DNA of 62,820 nt, filler included. It is 3 parts of 3 records of this genome, joined end to end, with 100 filler letters (N's around TTAATTAATTAA, not from the genome) between each part and the next. Parts side by side here need not be neighbours in the genome. Positions count along the whole stretch, not along the records: positions 1 to 28,086 come from DRR378314_187; 2 more parts are not named here. One strand, written 5' to 3'. The position numbers were made by a program, and so were the translations under genes. Shown piece after piece: positions 18,653 to 28,186 of this stretch. The notes below the pieces were generated by a model. It had not been told where the DNA came from, ran no database searches, and saw only the letters and a program-made list of their open reading frames with translations. Position 1 is the first letter of the stretch, and every line of letters starts with the position of its first letter.

Positions 18653-19756
18653 ATGGACACCCCGATGCCGTCAAACACCCCGCCCAAAGTGGACCGGAAC
18701 AGGCCCAAAGCCAACTTCGAGTCGGTGAATGTGCGTTCCGCCATGCTCACCGGTATTTTTCTGCTGCTGGTGATGTACACCCTGTACGCCGCGGCCACTC
18801 TTTTTATGCCGCTGATGGTGGCGTTTCTCACCAGCCTGATTTTCACCCCGGTGGTGCGCGCGCTGCGGGTGCTGAAAATCCCGCCGCCGGTGAGCGCGGC
18901 GGCGGTGGTGATCGGCGTGCTCGGCCTGGGCTTCGGCGCGCTGTACGGGCTGTCGGAACCGGCCATGGAATGGCTGCAAAAGGCACCCCGCGATCTGCGC
19001 CAGCTGGAACAGGAATTCCATCAGTTCAGCGAGCCCATGCAGCAGCTCAAACTGGCCAACGCGCAGATCGAGGACATCACCCCCGGGGACGACAACCAGC
19101 AGAAAGCCGAGGCCCCCGGCTGGAGCCCGGTGAAATGGATTCTCTCCGGCACCTGGTCGGCGCTGTACGGCATCACCCTGAGCGTGATTCTTCTCTATTT
19201 CATGCTGGCGTCCGGCGACACCTTTCTGCGCAAGCTGGTGCGGGTGATTCCCCAGTTCGAGCACAAGCGGGCGGCGGTGGAAACCGTGCGCCAGATCCAG
19301 ACCAGCGTGTCGCTGTATCTGGGCACCATCACCATCATCAACACCTGCCTGGGCGCCGGCGCCGCGTTGATTCTCTATCTGCTGGACATGCCCAACCCGA
19401 TCCTCTTCGGGGTGATGGTGGGCATGCTGAATTTCGCCCCCTATATCGGGCCGATCGTCAGCGGCGTGATATTGCTGTTCATCAGCAGCCTGAATTTCGA
19501 CGGCCTCACCCAGGTGCTGTTGCCGCCGTTTCTGGTGATGGTGTTGAACGTGCTGGAGGGTCAGTTCATTACCCCGACAGTGGCCGGCCACCGCCTGGCC
19601 CTGAGTCCGGTGGCGGTGTTTCTGTCGATCCTGCTGTGGGGCTGGATGTGGGGCGTGGTCGGCATCCTGATCGCGGTGCCGCTGCTGGTGTGCATCAAAC
19701 TGGTGTGCGACAACGTCTCGTCGCTGCGGCTGCTGTCCGAATTTCTGGGACGCTGA
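18653..19756 (+). CDS. AI-2E family transporter (PerM/TqsA-like)
   Basis: Polytopic; LNFAPYIGP, EGQFITP, WGWMWGVVGILIAVP; start uncertain. Confidence 0.9.
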   Translation: MDTPMPSNTPPKVDRNRPKANFESVNVRSAMLTGIFLLLVMYTLYAAATLFMPLMVAFLTSLIFTPVVRALRVLKIPPPVSAAAVVIGVLGLGFGALYGLSEPAMEWLQKAPRDLRQLEQEFHQFSEPMQQLKLANAQIEDITPGDDNQQKAEAPGWSPVKWILSGTWSALYGITLSVILLYFMLASGDTFLRKLVRVIPQFEHKRAAVETVRQIQTSVSLYLGTITIINTCLGAGAALILYLLDMPNPILFGVMVGMLNFAPYIGPIVSGVILLFISSLNFDGLTQVLLPPFLVMVLNVLEGQFITPTVAGHRLALSPVAVFLSILLWGWMWGVVGILIAVPLLVCIKLVCDNVSSLRLLSEFLGR

Positions 19757-19772
19757 CTCAACGCCCTTCGCC

Positions 19773-20033
19773 TCAACGAAGCTGGCTGTCTTTACTGCCG
19801 CGCCGGTTGTAGCCCTCGGACCGGGCCTCGTCGCGCTCGCCCTGGCACAGCGTGCACAGCCGCACGCCGGGCAGCGCCTGACGGCGCGCTTCGGGGATCG
19901 GTGCCTCGCACTCTTCGCAATGCGTCAGGCTCTCGCCGGCGGGCAGACGGCTGCGGGCGTGTTGCACCGCCGAATCCACGGTGCTGTCGATCTGATCCTG
20001 AACGGCCCCTTCCGGGGCCCAGCCGGTCGCCAT
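19773..20033 (-). CDS. ybiI: DksA/TraR C4 zinc-finger protein (YbiI-like)
   Basis: MATGWAPEGAVQDQID, CEEC..IPEARRQALPGVRLCTLCQ, NRRGSKDSQLR. Confidence 0.9.
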   Translation of the reverse strand: MATGWAPEGAVQDQIDSTVDSAVQHARSRLPAGESLTHCEECEAPIPEARRQALPGVRLCTLCQGERDEARSEGYNRRGSKDSQLR

Positions 20034-20073
20034 GGCGTCCTCCTGGTGGCCTTTCATCCTAATGTAACGTCAA

Positions 20074-20889
20074 TCATCCGCCGGCATAAAGCGGCATCGC
20101 CAGGGTGGCCTGCAGCACCCGGCCCACCGGGCCGTCCTCGTCGTACAGGGTGGTGTCCACCAGGCCGGTACCGTTGTCCTGCATGCGGGCGCGGGCGTCC
20201 AGCCCCAGCCAGTCGCCACGGGGGTCGCGGTGCAGGTAGAGGCTGAGGTCCGAATTGATGCTGCCCACCTCCGGCGCCAGCCGCAGTTGGGCGATGCCGT
20301 TGCCGAAATCGGACAAGGTGGCGGCGCGCACCAGCGGCGAGCAGGGCTCCCCGGCCACCACCGGCACCGGCAGCGACATCCACACCCGGCCCTGGCCCTG
20401 ACCGCCGACCCCGTCGAGCACGCAGATGCGGGCGGTGGTGTGCAGGCCCCGGGGCGTCCAGTCGCCGCCCTTGCGGCCGCCGCCCACCTCCGACAGGGTC
20501 ATCACCGGGCGGTCGCCGCGCGGCTCCAGGCCGCCGGTTTCAAACCGGCCGAAGTCAGGCACGTCGGCGCCGGCCTGCTCCAGGAACAGGCCGCTGGCCC
20601 GGCACACCTCGACGCCGTCGGCGAGCAGCGACGCTTGCAACACCCGCAGGCGCCGTCCGGCGCGCACCACCGCCAGCTCCGCCGTCAGCGGCGCCGCCGG
20701 CACCGGCCTCAACAGATCCACCGTGAGGCGACTGAGCCGCAGCCCGCTGTCCGCGGTGGCCTGCTCCATCAGCAGCGCCAGCAACCCGGTGGGCGAGCCG
20801 CCGTGCAGATGGCTGGGGCTCCAGGGTCCGCCGGCGCTGGCGGTGGGCACGTAGGTCTCGCCCTGGCGGACAAACAATGACTGATCCAC
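20074..20889 (-). CDS. Acyl-CoA thioesterase-like double hot-dog protein
   Basis: GPWSPSHLHGG, RLTVDLLRPVP, SDFGNG, INSDLSLYLHRDP. Confidence 0.85.
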   Translation of the reverse strand: MDQSLFVRQGETYVPTASAGGPWSPSHLHGGSPTGLLALLMEQATADSGLRLSRLTVDLLRPVPAAPLTAELAVVRAGRRLRVLQASLLADGVEVCRASGLFLEQAGADVPDFGRFETGGLEPRGDRPVMTLSEVGGGRKGGDWTPRGLHTTARICVLDGVGGQGQGRVWMSLPVPVVAGEPCSPLVRAATLSDFGNGIAQLRLAPEVGSINSDLSLYLHRDPRGDWLGLDARARMQDNGTGLVDTTLYDEDGPVGRVLQATLAMPLYAGG

Positions 20890-21022
20890 TTCCGATACTC
20901 CCCTTTCTGGTCCCGATGCAAACGCCCAAGCCTAACCCAGACGGCGCCCATGCGGGGAACGAAACACTGGGTGCGGCGAGCGCCGTGCGCTACAGTAGCG
21001 CCCGCGCCAAACGCCCCAGACC

Positions 21023-22252
21023 ATGGATTCACTGCCTATGTCCGCCACATCCCAGCCGCCGAGCCGTCCCAACATCGTGATCATGGTGGCGGGCGGTATT
21101 CTGGTGGCGCTGGTGGCGATCGTGTTCGCGCGGCTCGCCTACGGCCTGATTCTGCCGCCGATGCGCGACGATCTGGGCCTGAGTTATCGACAGGCCGGCA
21201 CCCTGGGCACCGTCACCGCGCTGGGCTATCTGCTGTTCGTGCTGCTGGGCGGCATCGCCGCCAGCCGCTGGGGCGCGCGCAACGCGGTGGCCACCGGCCT
21301 GCTGATTCTCACCGTCGGCTTCGCCGGCCTGGCGCTGGCCAGCGCCTACCCGGTGGTCGTCGGCCTGATGGCGCTGCTGGGGCTGGGCACCGCCTTCTGC
21401 TTCGCGCCCATGGTGTCGCTGCTGGCCACCTGGTACCCGGAAAAGCGCGGCATGGTGATCGGCTGCATGGCCGGCGGCGTGGGCGCCGGCATCTTCGTCA
21501 CCGGGCTGCTGGTGCCCTGGCTGTCCGACCAGTTCGGTGAGCACGGCTGGCGCCTGGCCTGGGGCCTGTTCGCCGCCCTGGCGGCGGTGGCGGTGGCGCT
21601 GGTCCTGGCGGCGGTGCGCAACCCGGCGCCGGTGGCCCACGACCATCCGGACCGCCCGGCGCCGGCGGACAAATGGCGCATCTACCGCAACCCGCGCGTG
21701 ATCATCATGGCGGCGATCTACGGCATCATCGGCATGGTCTACATCATCCAGGCGATCTTCATGGTCAGCTACGTGGTGGAGTCCGGCTTCGACGAAGCCA
21801 CCGCCGGCTGGCTGATGGCCATGTCCGGCCTGCTGTCGGTGGCCGCCGGCCCGCTATGGGGCTCGCTGTCCGACGTGTGGGGCCGGGGCAACGCCCTGAC
21901 CCTGGCGATGGCGGTGGTCACCGTGGCCATGGGGCTGCCGCTGATCGACCAGAGCCTGGCCATGTTCTTCGCCCACTTTCTGTTGATGGGCTGCGCGGTG
22001 AACGGCGTGTTCACCATGGTCCAGGCCGCCAGCACCGACCAGGTGGCGCCGCGCCACATTCCCATCGCGTTCAGCTATGTGACGGTGTTCTTCGCCGGCG
22101 GCCAGTTCCTGGGGCCGGCCATCGCCGGCTGGCTGATCGAAGCCACCGGCGGCTTCCGCCTGGCGGTGGCGTTCACCTGCCTGGCGCTGCTGGTGGGCCT
22201 CTACCTGGCGCAGAAGATCCGCCGCTTCCCCGCCGGGCTGGCGGTGGACTGA
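21023..22252 (+). CDS. MFS transporter (YbfB/YjiJ-like)
   Basis: About 12 TM segments; FARLAYGLILPPMR, WGSLSDVWGR, GQFLGPAIAG. Confidence 0.88.
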   Translation: MDSLPMSATSQPPSRPNIVIMVAGGILVALVAIVFARLAYGLILPPMRDDLGLSYRQAGTLGTVTALGYLLFVLLGGIAASRWGARNAVATGLLILTVGFAGLALASAYPVVVGLMALLGLGTAFCFAPMVSLLATWYPEKRGMVIGCMAGGVGAGIFVTGLLVPWLSDQFGEHGWRLAWGLFAALAAVAVALVLAAVRNPAPVAHDHPDRPAPADKWRIYRNPRVIIMAAIYGIIGMVYIIQAIFMVSYVVESGFDEATAGWLMAMSGLLSVAAGPLWGSLSDVWGRGNALTLAMAVVTVAMGLPLIDQSLAMFFAHFLLMGCAVNGVFTMVQAASTDQVAPRHIPIAFSYVTVFFAGGQFLGPAIAGWLIEATGGFRLAVAFTCLALLVGLYLAQKIRRFPAGLAVD

Positions 22253-22372
22253 GCGCCGTCGGTAACCGTTCGGTTCGATTTTTGTTACCGACCGCCACGC
22301 GCGCCGGCGGCATCACCGGATTGTCATCATCGGCGGCCAGCCTATCCGCCGTTATCGACTCCGGACCGGCTT

Positions 22373-23821
22373 ATGAACTCCGTAACCCTGACCCGACGCA
22401 AACTGATCCAGGCCATGTTCTACGGCGCCGGCGCCGCGGTGATCACCGCCTGCGGCGGCGGTTCCTCGTCCTCGGGCGGCCCGGCGGGCACCCCGTCACC
22501 GACCCCCAGCCCGTCGGAGCCGGAGCCGCCCGCTCCCGAGCCGCCGGTACCGCCGGCCACCATGCTGCCCCTGGAAGCGGGGCCGCTGGCCGGTATCGGC
22601 GAGCTGGTGGAGAGCGACGTGGACGGCATTCTGATTCCCGAGGGGTTCTCGATCCGCCGCGTGGCCCGGCACCTGGAAGACCCGATCTCCGGTCTGCCCA
22701 ACCTCACCGGCTTGCTGCGCGACAACTGGCACATCTTCCCGGACGGCGGCGCGGTGTTCCCGGTGCGGGAGGACGGCGGCTGGGTCTATGTCTCCAACAG
22801 TGAAATCGCCCCCGGCGGCGGCGTGGGCGCGTTGCGGTTCGACCGCGACGGCACCGTCATCGACGCCTACCGCATCCTGCGCAACACCCGCCGCAACTGC
22901 GCCGGCGGCGCCACGCCCTGGGGCACCTGGTTGTCCTGCGAGGAGACCACCGACGGCCAGGTCTATGAGTGCCACCCGCTGGGGCCCGCGTCCCTGGCGC
23001 GGGCGCATCCGGCGCTGGGCATTTTCAACCACGAAGCCGCCGTGGCGGACTGGGACACCCGCACCCTCTACCTGTCCGAGGACGACGGCAACGGCCGTCT
23101 GTACCGCTTCCGGTCCGCCGGCGTGGTCACCTCGATCACCGGGGAACCGGGCCTGGACCTGGATAACGGCGTGCTGGAGGTGCTGGAAGTGGACGGCTTC
23201 GCCAACGGCGCCTACCAGGAAGACCTGGACCAGGCCCGCCGCCTGCACAAGGTGCGCTGGGTGCCGGTGCAGGACCCGCACCGCGCCCAGGAAACGGTGC
23301 GCGCCGAAATCGAGGCAGCCACCGGCCAGGGCGCCCCGGGCACCCGCTTCAAAGGCGGCGAAGGCCTTTGGGTGCAGACCCTGCCGGAGGGCCAGCGGCC
23401 CGACATCGCGGGCAGCGCCAACCCGCTGCGCGCGGTGGTGTTCCTGGCCTGCAAAGGCGATAACCGGGTCTACGCCCTGGACATCGACAACGACCAGATC
23501 GAAGTGGTGTTCGACAACGAGCAACTGATCGGCAGCGGCGAAGCGCCGTTCAACGACGTGGACAATATCGTCGTCGGCCCGGCCGGCGACGTGGTGGTAG
23601 CGGAAGACGGCGACCTGATGCGTCTGATGGTGATGGTGCCCAACCAGCCCGCCAGAATCCTGCTGCAAATCCCCGGCGGCGGCAGCGAACTCACCGGCCC
23701 CGCCTTCACCCCGGACGGCTCGCGGCTCTACTTCAGTTCCCAGCGCGGCCCCTCCGCGCTGCTGCTGCCCACCGGCGCCACCTACGAGCTGACCATCCCG
23801 GAAGCCTTCCGCCGCGCCTGA
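22373..23821 (+). CDS. phoX: PhoX-family (DUF839) alkaline phosphatase, Tat-exported lipoprotein
   Basis: TRRKLI twin-arginine, VITAC lipobox, Pro/Ser linker, PDGG, NCAGGATPWGTWLSCEE, HEA, DN, ELTGPAF. Confidence 0.85.
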   Translation: MNSVTLTRRKLIQAMFYGAGAAVITACGGGSSSSGGPAGTPSPTPSPSEPEPPAPEPPVPPATMLPLEAGPLAGIGELVESDVDGILIPEGFSIRRVARHLEDPISGLPNLTGLLRDNWHIFPDGGAVFPVREDGGWVYVSNSEIAPGGGVGALRFDRDGTVIDAYRILRNTRRNCAGGATPWGTWLSCEETTDGQVYECHPLGPASLARAHPALGIFNHEAAVADWDTRTLYLSEDDGNGRLYRFRSAGVVTSITGEPGLDLDNGVLEVLEVDGFANGAYQEDLDQARRLHKVRWVPVQDPHRAQETVRAEIEAATGQGAPGTRFKGGEGLWVQTLPEGQRPDIAGSANPLRAVVFLACKGDNRVYALDIDNDQIEVVFDNEQLIGSGEAPFNDVDNIVVGPAGDVVVAEDGDLMRLMVMVPNQPARILLQIPGGGSELTGPAFTPDGSRLYFSSQRGPSALLLPTGATYELTIPEAFRRA

Positions 23822-23991
23822 CCCGCGCCCCCTGCCCCGTCCGCCCCGCCGCGCCCTTTCCAGGGCGCCGGTCGGGCGGCTACATGCCGCCATTATCATC
23901 GCCGGCCGTTCCTGATTAGAATGTGCGGCTTCCCGGCGCCAGGGCGCGTCGGGCCCTCTATTCTCCATGGATGTCCAACCAGGGCGCGGCG

Positions 23992-24762
23992 ATGAGCAAC
24001 GGCAGGCCCAACAGCGTGAACAACACCGGCCCGCTGCGGCGGCAGCTGGCGGGCCTGGACGTGCGCGCGGCCGGCGCGCCGCTGCCCTGCTTCGGCGAAC
24101 GGCTGGCGCGGCTGTTCGACCTGTCCGACACCGTGGCGCTGGACGCCGCCAACGTGGCGTCCCGGGACGGCTATTTCGGCGCCGACGGCAAAGCCGCCGA
24201 GCGGCTGCGCGCGGAGCTGGAGAAACTGCGCCAAAGCCAGCGGGACGCCATCGAAGCCAGCGTCACCGCCGAGCGGATCGGCACCCGCAACGGCCTGCCG
24301 GCGCCGGAAGCCGGCCCGAGCCCGGCCGAGCCGCCGGATTTCGAGCCCTACCGGCGCTTCTATCAGAGCAAGCAGCGGCAGATGGCCGCCGTCGTGCCGC
24401 CGCTGCGGCTGAAAGCCCGTGGCGCGCTCACCGACCACGGCCCGGCCCTGGCGCGGCTAGCGCGGATCGACGCGGTGCTCGACAACACCCTTACCGGCTA
24501 CGCCCGCAAGGGCTTCGGTGCCGTGCCCGGCGTGCTGGAAAAGCGCTTCCTGGCGCTCTGGCCGGACCGCCAGCACAGCCTGCTCAGCGATACGCCCGGC
24601 GACGATCCCCAGGACTGGATGAAGGAAGGCGCCTGGCTGCACCGCTTCTGCCAGGAGATGAAGACCCTGTTGCTGGCGGAGCTGGACACCCGCCTGGAGC
24701 CGGTGCAGGGCTTGCTCATGGCGCTGGAAAGCGCGCACAACGACCCACAAGGACCTCAATGA
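23992..24762 (+). CDS. zorF: DUF3348-like protein, Zorya type III component ZorF
   Basis: FGERLARLFDLSD, DFEPYRRFY..KQRQM, LARLARIDAV, LLLAELDTRLEPVQGL; first gene of a translationally coupled four-gene operon; alternative start 23971. Confidence 0.75.
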   Translation: MSNGRPNSVNNTGPLRRQLAGLDVRAAGAPLPCFGERLARLFDLSDTVALDAANVASRDGYFGADGKAAERLRAELEKLRQSQRDAIEASVTAERIGTRNGLPAPEAGPSPAEPPDFEPYRRFYQSKQRQMAAVVPPLRLKARGALTDHGPALARLARIDAVLDNTLTGYARKGFGAVPGVLEKRFLALWPDRQHSLLSDTPGDDPQDWMKEGAWLHRFCQEMKTLLLAELDTRLEPVQGLLMALESAHNDPQGPQ

Positions 24763-26822
24763 CACGCTTTTTATTCGCACTGGTATGCCTGCTCGGCGCG
24801 GCCACCGTGGCCTGGGTGGGCATCGGCTTTCTGGGCACCAACCTGGTGGCCCTCACCGCCACCCTGCTGATCGCCTTCGTGTACGCCTTCGGCTTCCTGG
24901 AGCTGCGCCGCTTCCGCGCCGACAGCGCGCAACTGGCCCGGCAACTGGAGACCCCGCCCGGTGACGGCGACGGCCTGGAGCGCTGGCTGGCCGAGCTGCC
25001 CGCCGCCCTGCGCGGCGCCGTGCGCCGGCGCGTCGAAGGGGAAAGCACGCCGCTGCCCGGGCCCATGCTGACGCCCTACCTGTCCGGCCTGCTGGTGATG
25101 CTGGGCCTGCTGGGTACCTTTATCGGCATGATCGTCACCCTGCAGGGCGCGGTCAGCGCCCTGGAAGGCGGCAACAACCTGGCCGCCGTGCAGAGCGCTC
25201 TGGCGGCGCCCATCGCCGGGCTCAGCCTGGCCTTCGGCACCTCCATCGCGGGTGTCGCCGCCTCCGCCATGCTGGGGCTGGGCGCCACGCTCAGCCGCCG
25301 CGAGCGCACCCTGGTCGGCCGCGACCTGGACGCCGTGCTGCGCCGGGATCTGCGCGCCTTCTCCCTCAAGCATCAGCAGCAGGAGGCGTTCCGCGCCCTG
25401 CAATCGCAGTCCGACGCCTTCCCCGCCGTGGTGGATAGCCTGCAGGCGCTGACCCGGCGCCTGGAACAGATGGGTGACCAGCTCAACAGCGCGCTCACCG
25501 ACAACCAGAAGCAGTTCCACGAGCAGACCGCCGAGCACTACCGCCAACTGGCGGCGTCCGTCGGCGACAGCCTGAGCACCAGCCTGGCGGACAGCAGCCG
25601 GCTGGCGGCGGAGAGCGTCCGGCCGGTGATCGCCGAGGCCCTGGAGCGCCTTAACGACCAGGCGGAGCAGAGCCACCAGCGCCTCAACACGCTCACCGAA
25701 AGCCAGCTGAGCCGGATCGCCGAGCGCTTCGACACCACCACCGAGCAAGCGGCGCGCCACTGGCGCGAGGGCCTGGCCGAGCACCAACAGACCGCGCAAA
25801 GCCTCACCGACAAGATGGCCGCCGCCCTGCAGGAACACAACGACCGCTTCCAGGCCCACGGCGACGCCCTGCTGACGCAAATCCGCGACGACCAGCAGCA
25901 GGCCCGGGCCGACAACCAGCAACGGCTGGCCGCCATCACCGAGCGCTTCCAAGAGGCCGGCGACGCCACCGCCGAAGGCTGGCGTCAGGGCCTCGAGCAG
26001 CAACAGCAAACACTGGCGCGACTGGTCAGCGACCTCGGCGACACCCTGAGTGGCCACACGGACCGCTTCCAGCACACCGCCGACGGCCTGGTGGAAGGGC
26101 AGCGGCAAGGCCTGGACGCCCTGCTCGCGCAAACCGGCGAGCAGCTCAGCGCCTTGCGGGATCAGGAGGCGGCGCGCGGCGACGCGGCCACGCAGCGCCT
26201 GGCCGATCTGGAAGCCACCGTCACCCGCCACCTCACCGAGCTGGGCACCGCCCTGGAGGCACCGATGACGCGGCTGATCGAAACCGCCTCGGAGACGCCC
26301 AAGGCGGCCGCCGAAGTGATCAGCCGCCTGCGCGAGGAAATGGCGCAAAGCAGCGAACGGGACAACGAACTGCTGGAGGAACGCCGCCGCATCATGGGCG
26401 AGCTGGACGCCCTGCTCACCGCCCAGCAGCAGGCGGCCGGCGTGCAGCGCGACGCGGTGGAAACGCTGATCCGCGACGCCGGCGGCGTGCTCAAGGAGGT
26501 CAGCGATACCTTCGCCGGCCAGGTGGACGCGCAGACCGACCGCCTGGACGAGGCCGCCGCCGACATCACCGGCGGGGCCCACGAGGTGGCCAGCCTGGGC
26601 GACGCCTTCGGCACCGCGGTGAACCTGTTCAGCGAGTCCAACGGCAAGCTGCTGGATAACCTGAAACGCATCGAGACGTCCCTGGAGCAGTCCGCCGCGC
26701 GCAGCGACGAGCAGCTCGCCTACTACGTGGAGCAGGCCCGCGAGGTGATCGACCTGAGCCTGAGTTCGCAAAAGGAAGTGATCGACGCCCTGGCCGCCCT
26801 CAAAGCCAACGAGGCGCGCTGA
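24759..26822 (+). CDS. zorA: ZorA-like protein: MotA-like TM domain plus long helical tail with DUF802-like repeats
   Basis: ATG 24759 overlaps the upstream stop; LVMLGLLGTFIGM and GLSLAFGTSIAG MotA/ExbB-type motifs; about 500 aa of coiled-coil-like tail. Confidence 0.82.
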   Translation: MTRFLFALVCLLGAATVAWVGIGFLGTNLVALTATLLIAFVYAFGFLELRRFRADSAQLARQLETPPGDGDGLERWLAELPAALRGAVRRRVEGESTPLPGPMLTPYLSGLLVMLGLLGTFIGMIVTLQGAVSALEGGNNLAAVQSALAAPIAGLSLAFGTSIAGVAASAMLGLGATLSRRERTLVGRDLDAVLRRDLRAFSLKHQQQEAFRALQSQSDAFPAVVDSLQALTRRLEQMGDQLNSALTDNQKQFHEQTAEHYRQLAASVGDSLSTSLADSSRLAAESVRPVIAEALERLNDQAEQSHQRLNTLTESQLSRIAERFDTTTEQAARHWREGLAEHQQTAQSLTDKMAAALQEHNDRFQAHGDALLTQIRDDQQQARADNQQRLAAITERFQEAGDATAEGWRQGLEQQQQTLARLVSDLGDTLSGHTDRFQHTADGLVEGQRQGLDALLAQTGEQLSALRDQEAARGDAATQRLADLEATVTRHLTELGTALEAPMTRLIETASETPKAAAEVISRLREEMAQSSERDNELLEERRRIMGELDALLTAQQQAAGVQRDAVETLIRDAGGVLKEVSDTFAGQVDAQTDRLDEAAADITGGAHEVASLGDAFGTAVNLFSESNGKLLDNLKRIETSLEQSAARSDEQLAYYVEQAREVIDLSLSSQKEVIDALAALKANEAR

Positions 26823-27490
26823 TGGACGAGCTTCACGACGGCCAGGACGGCGCTCAGTCCACCCCGGTGTGGGCGATCTTCTCGGACCTGATGGCGGCGC
26901 TGGTGGGTATCTTCGTGCTGCTGCTGGTGTGGGTGATCGGCATTCAGCTGGAACTGAGCCAGTCGCTGGAGCAGGAACGCGCCAAACTGCAGGCCGAGCA
27001 GCAACGACGCCAGGCGTTGGAAGAGGCGCTCGCCGACCCGCTCGCCAGCGGCCGCATCTCGTTCCAGAACGGCCGCATCGGCATCAACGGCAGCGTGCTG
27101 TTCGCGCTCAACGCGGACCGCCTGCAGCCGGAGGGCCGCGCGCTGCTGGAGAGCCTGGTGGAACCGCTGCAAACCTACCTGGCGCAACACGACGAGCTGC
27201 TGATGGTGAGCGGCTTCACCGACGACCTGCCGATCCAGCAGGGCAACCCGCGCTACGCGGACAACTGGGGCCTGTCCGCCCAGCGCGCGCTCACGGTGAC
27301 CCGCACCCTGATCGATCAGGGCCTGCCGGAGGCGCGCATTTTCGCCGCCGCCTTCGGCGACAACCAGCCGGTGACCGCCAACGTGGACGACGCCGCCCGC
27401 GCCAAAAACCGGCGCGTGGAGATCACCACCGTGCCGCGCGCCGACGCCACCGCCGGCGAGCCGGAACAGACCGGGCAACGCGATGAGTGA
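26822..27490 (+). CDS. zorB: ZorB-like MotB/OmpA-domain protein
   Basis: W..FSDLMAAL TM segment with conserved Asp; VSGFTDD, NWGLSAQRA, NRRVEI peptidoglycan-binding motifs. Confidence 0.85.
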   Translation: MDELHDGQDGAQSTPVWAIFSDLMAALVGIFVLLLVWVIGIQLELSQSLEQERAKLQAEQQRRQALEEALADPLASGRISFQNGRIGINGSVLFALNADRLQPEGRALLESLVEPLQTYLAQHDELLMVSGFTDDLPIQQGNPRYADNWGLSAQRALTVTRTLIDQGLPEARIFAAAFGDNQPVTANVDDAARAKNRRVEITTVPRADATAGEPEQTGQRDE

Positions 27491-28007
27491 GGTGCTGGCG
27501 CAACTGGAAGCCCTGCGCCAGGAAGGCGCCCACCACCGCGACCCGGTGCGCTTCGCCTATCTGGAGAGCTTCGCCACGCGCCTGGCCGAAAGCCGTCGCG
27601 CGCCGTCGCAAAAGCATCAGGAAAAACTGGAACAGGCGCTCGCGGACTACCGGGCCCGCTCGGACGCCGACGACGATGAAAGCCAGGGTGATCCCGCTAC
27701 GCCGCGGTACGAATCCCCGCTGGCCACGTTGCTGACCCGGCTGCGTGGCGATGGCGAAGCGCCCATGGAGCTGAAAGCCCTTGCGCCGATCCGCGAGGCC
27801 CAGGCCCGACAGCAGTTGGCCGCGCGCATCCAGCACGCCATCACCCACGTACCCGGCGACGCCGGCCCGCTCAACGCGCACCGGCAGGTGGCCCGTGCGC
27901 TCGCCGCGCTGCAGGAAGTGTCGCCGGAATACCTGGAGCATCTGGTCACCTACCTGGATGACCTGATGGTGTTGGAGAAAATCCCCGCCACAAAACGATC
28001 TTCGTAA
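27483..28007 (+). CDS. zorG: DUF2894-like protein, Zorya type III component ZorG
   Basis: GAHHRDPVRFAYLE, AGPLNAHRQV.RAL..LQEVSPEYL.HLVTYLDDL; overlaps zorB. Confidence 0.75.
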   Translation: MSEVLAQLEALRQEGAHHRDPVRFAYLESFATRLAESRRAPSQKHQEKLEQALADYRARSDADDDESQGDPATPRYESPLATLLTRLRGDGEAPMELKALAPIREAQARQQLAARIQHAITHVPGDAGPLNAHRQVARALAALQEVSPEYLEHLVTYLDDLMVLEKIPATKRSS

Positions 28008-28030
28008 GCACGGGTTTTTGGCAAGTCATT

Positions 28031-28086
28031 TGGAGCGGGACCCGCTGCGAAAGGGACCACCTTGTGCGAGCGGGCCCAGCCCGCGA
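28031..28086 (+). repeat. REP-like palindromic repeats at the contig end
   Basis: TGGAGCGGGACCCGCTGCGAAAGG and TTGTGCGAGCGGGCCCAGCCCGCGA (GCGGGC/GCCCGC stem); related copy at 32489-32513. Confidence 0.65.
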
Positions 28087-28186
28087 NNNNNNNNNNNNNN
28101 NNNNNNNNNNNNNNNNNNNNNNNNNNNNNNTTAATTAATTAANNNNNNNNNNNNNNNNNNNNNNNNNNNNNNNNNNNNNNNNNNNN
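28087..28186. other. Artificial contig spacer (44 N + TTAATTAATTAA + 44 N)
   Basis: Exactly 100 nt with a six-frame stop linker. Confidence 0.98.

Noticed and set aside
22261-22345. Full Pho box upstream of phoX
   Set aside because: Only one good TTGTCAT half-site; the 11-bp-spaced partner is too degenerate to call
23967-24758. 951-aa ORF suggesting a giant ZorA with an N-terminal extension
   Set aside because: The first 264 codons are Arg/Ala/Pro-rich off-frame read-through of the zorF-like gene; the real start is ATG 24759, overlapping the upstream stop
26822-27490. Flagellar stator motAB or TolQR/ExbBD
   Set aside because: The partner has a ~500-aa tail, flanking DUF3348/DUF2894-like genes and no flagellar or TonB context; fits Zorya better
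28087-28186. TTAATTAATTAA palindrome between N runs (also 53345-53444) as a biological repeat or att site
   Set aside because: Identical 100-nt layout twice with stops in all six frames: an assembly linker. ORFs 28135-28404, 28139-28351, 53191-53400 and 53389-54354 that touch it are artefacts
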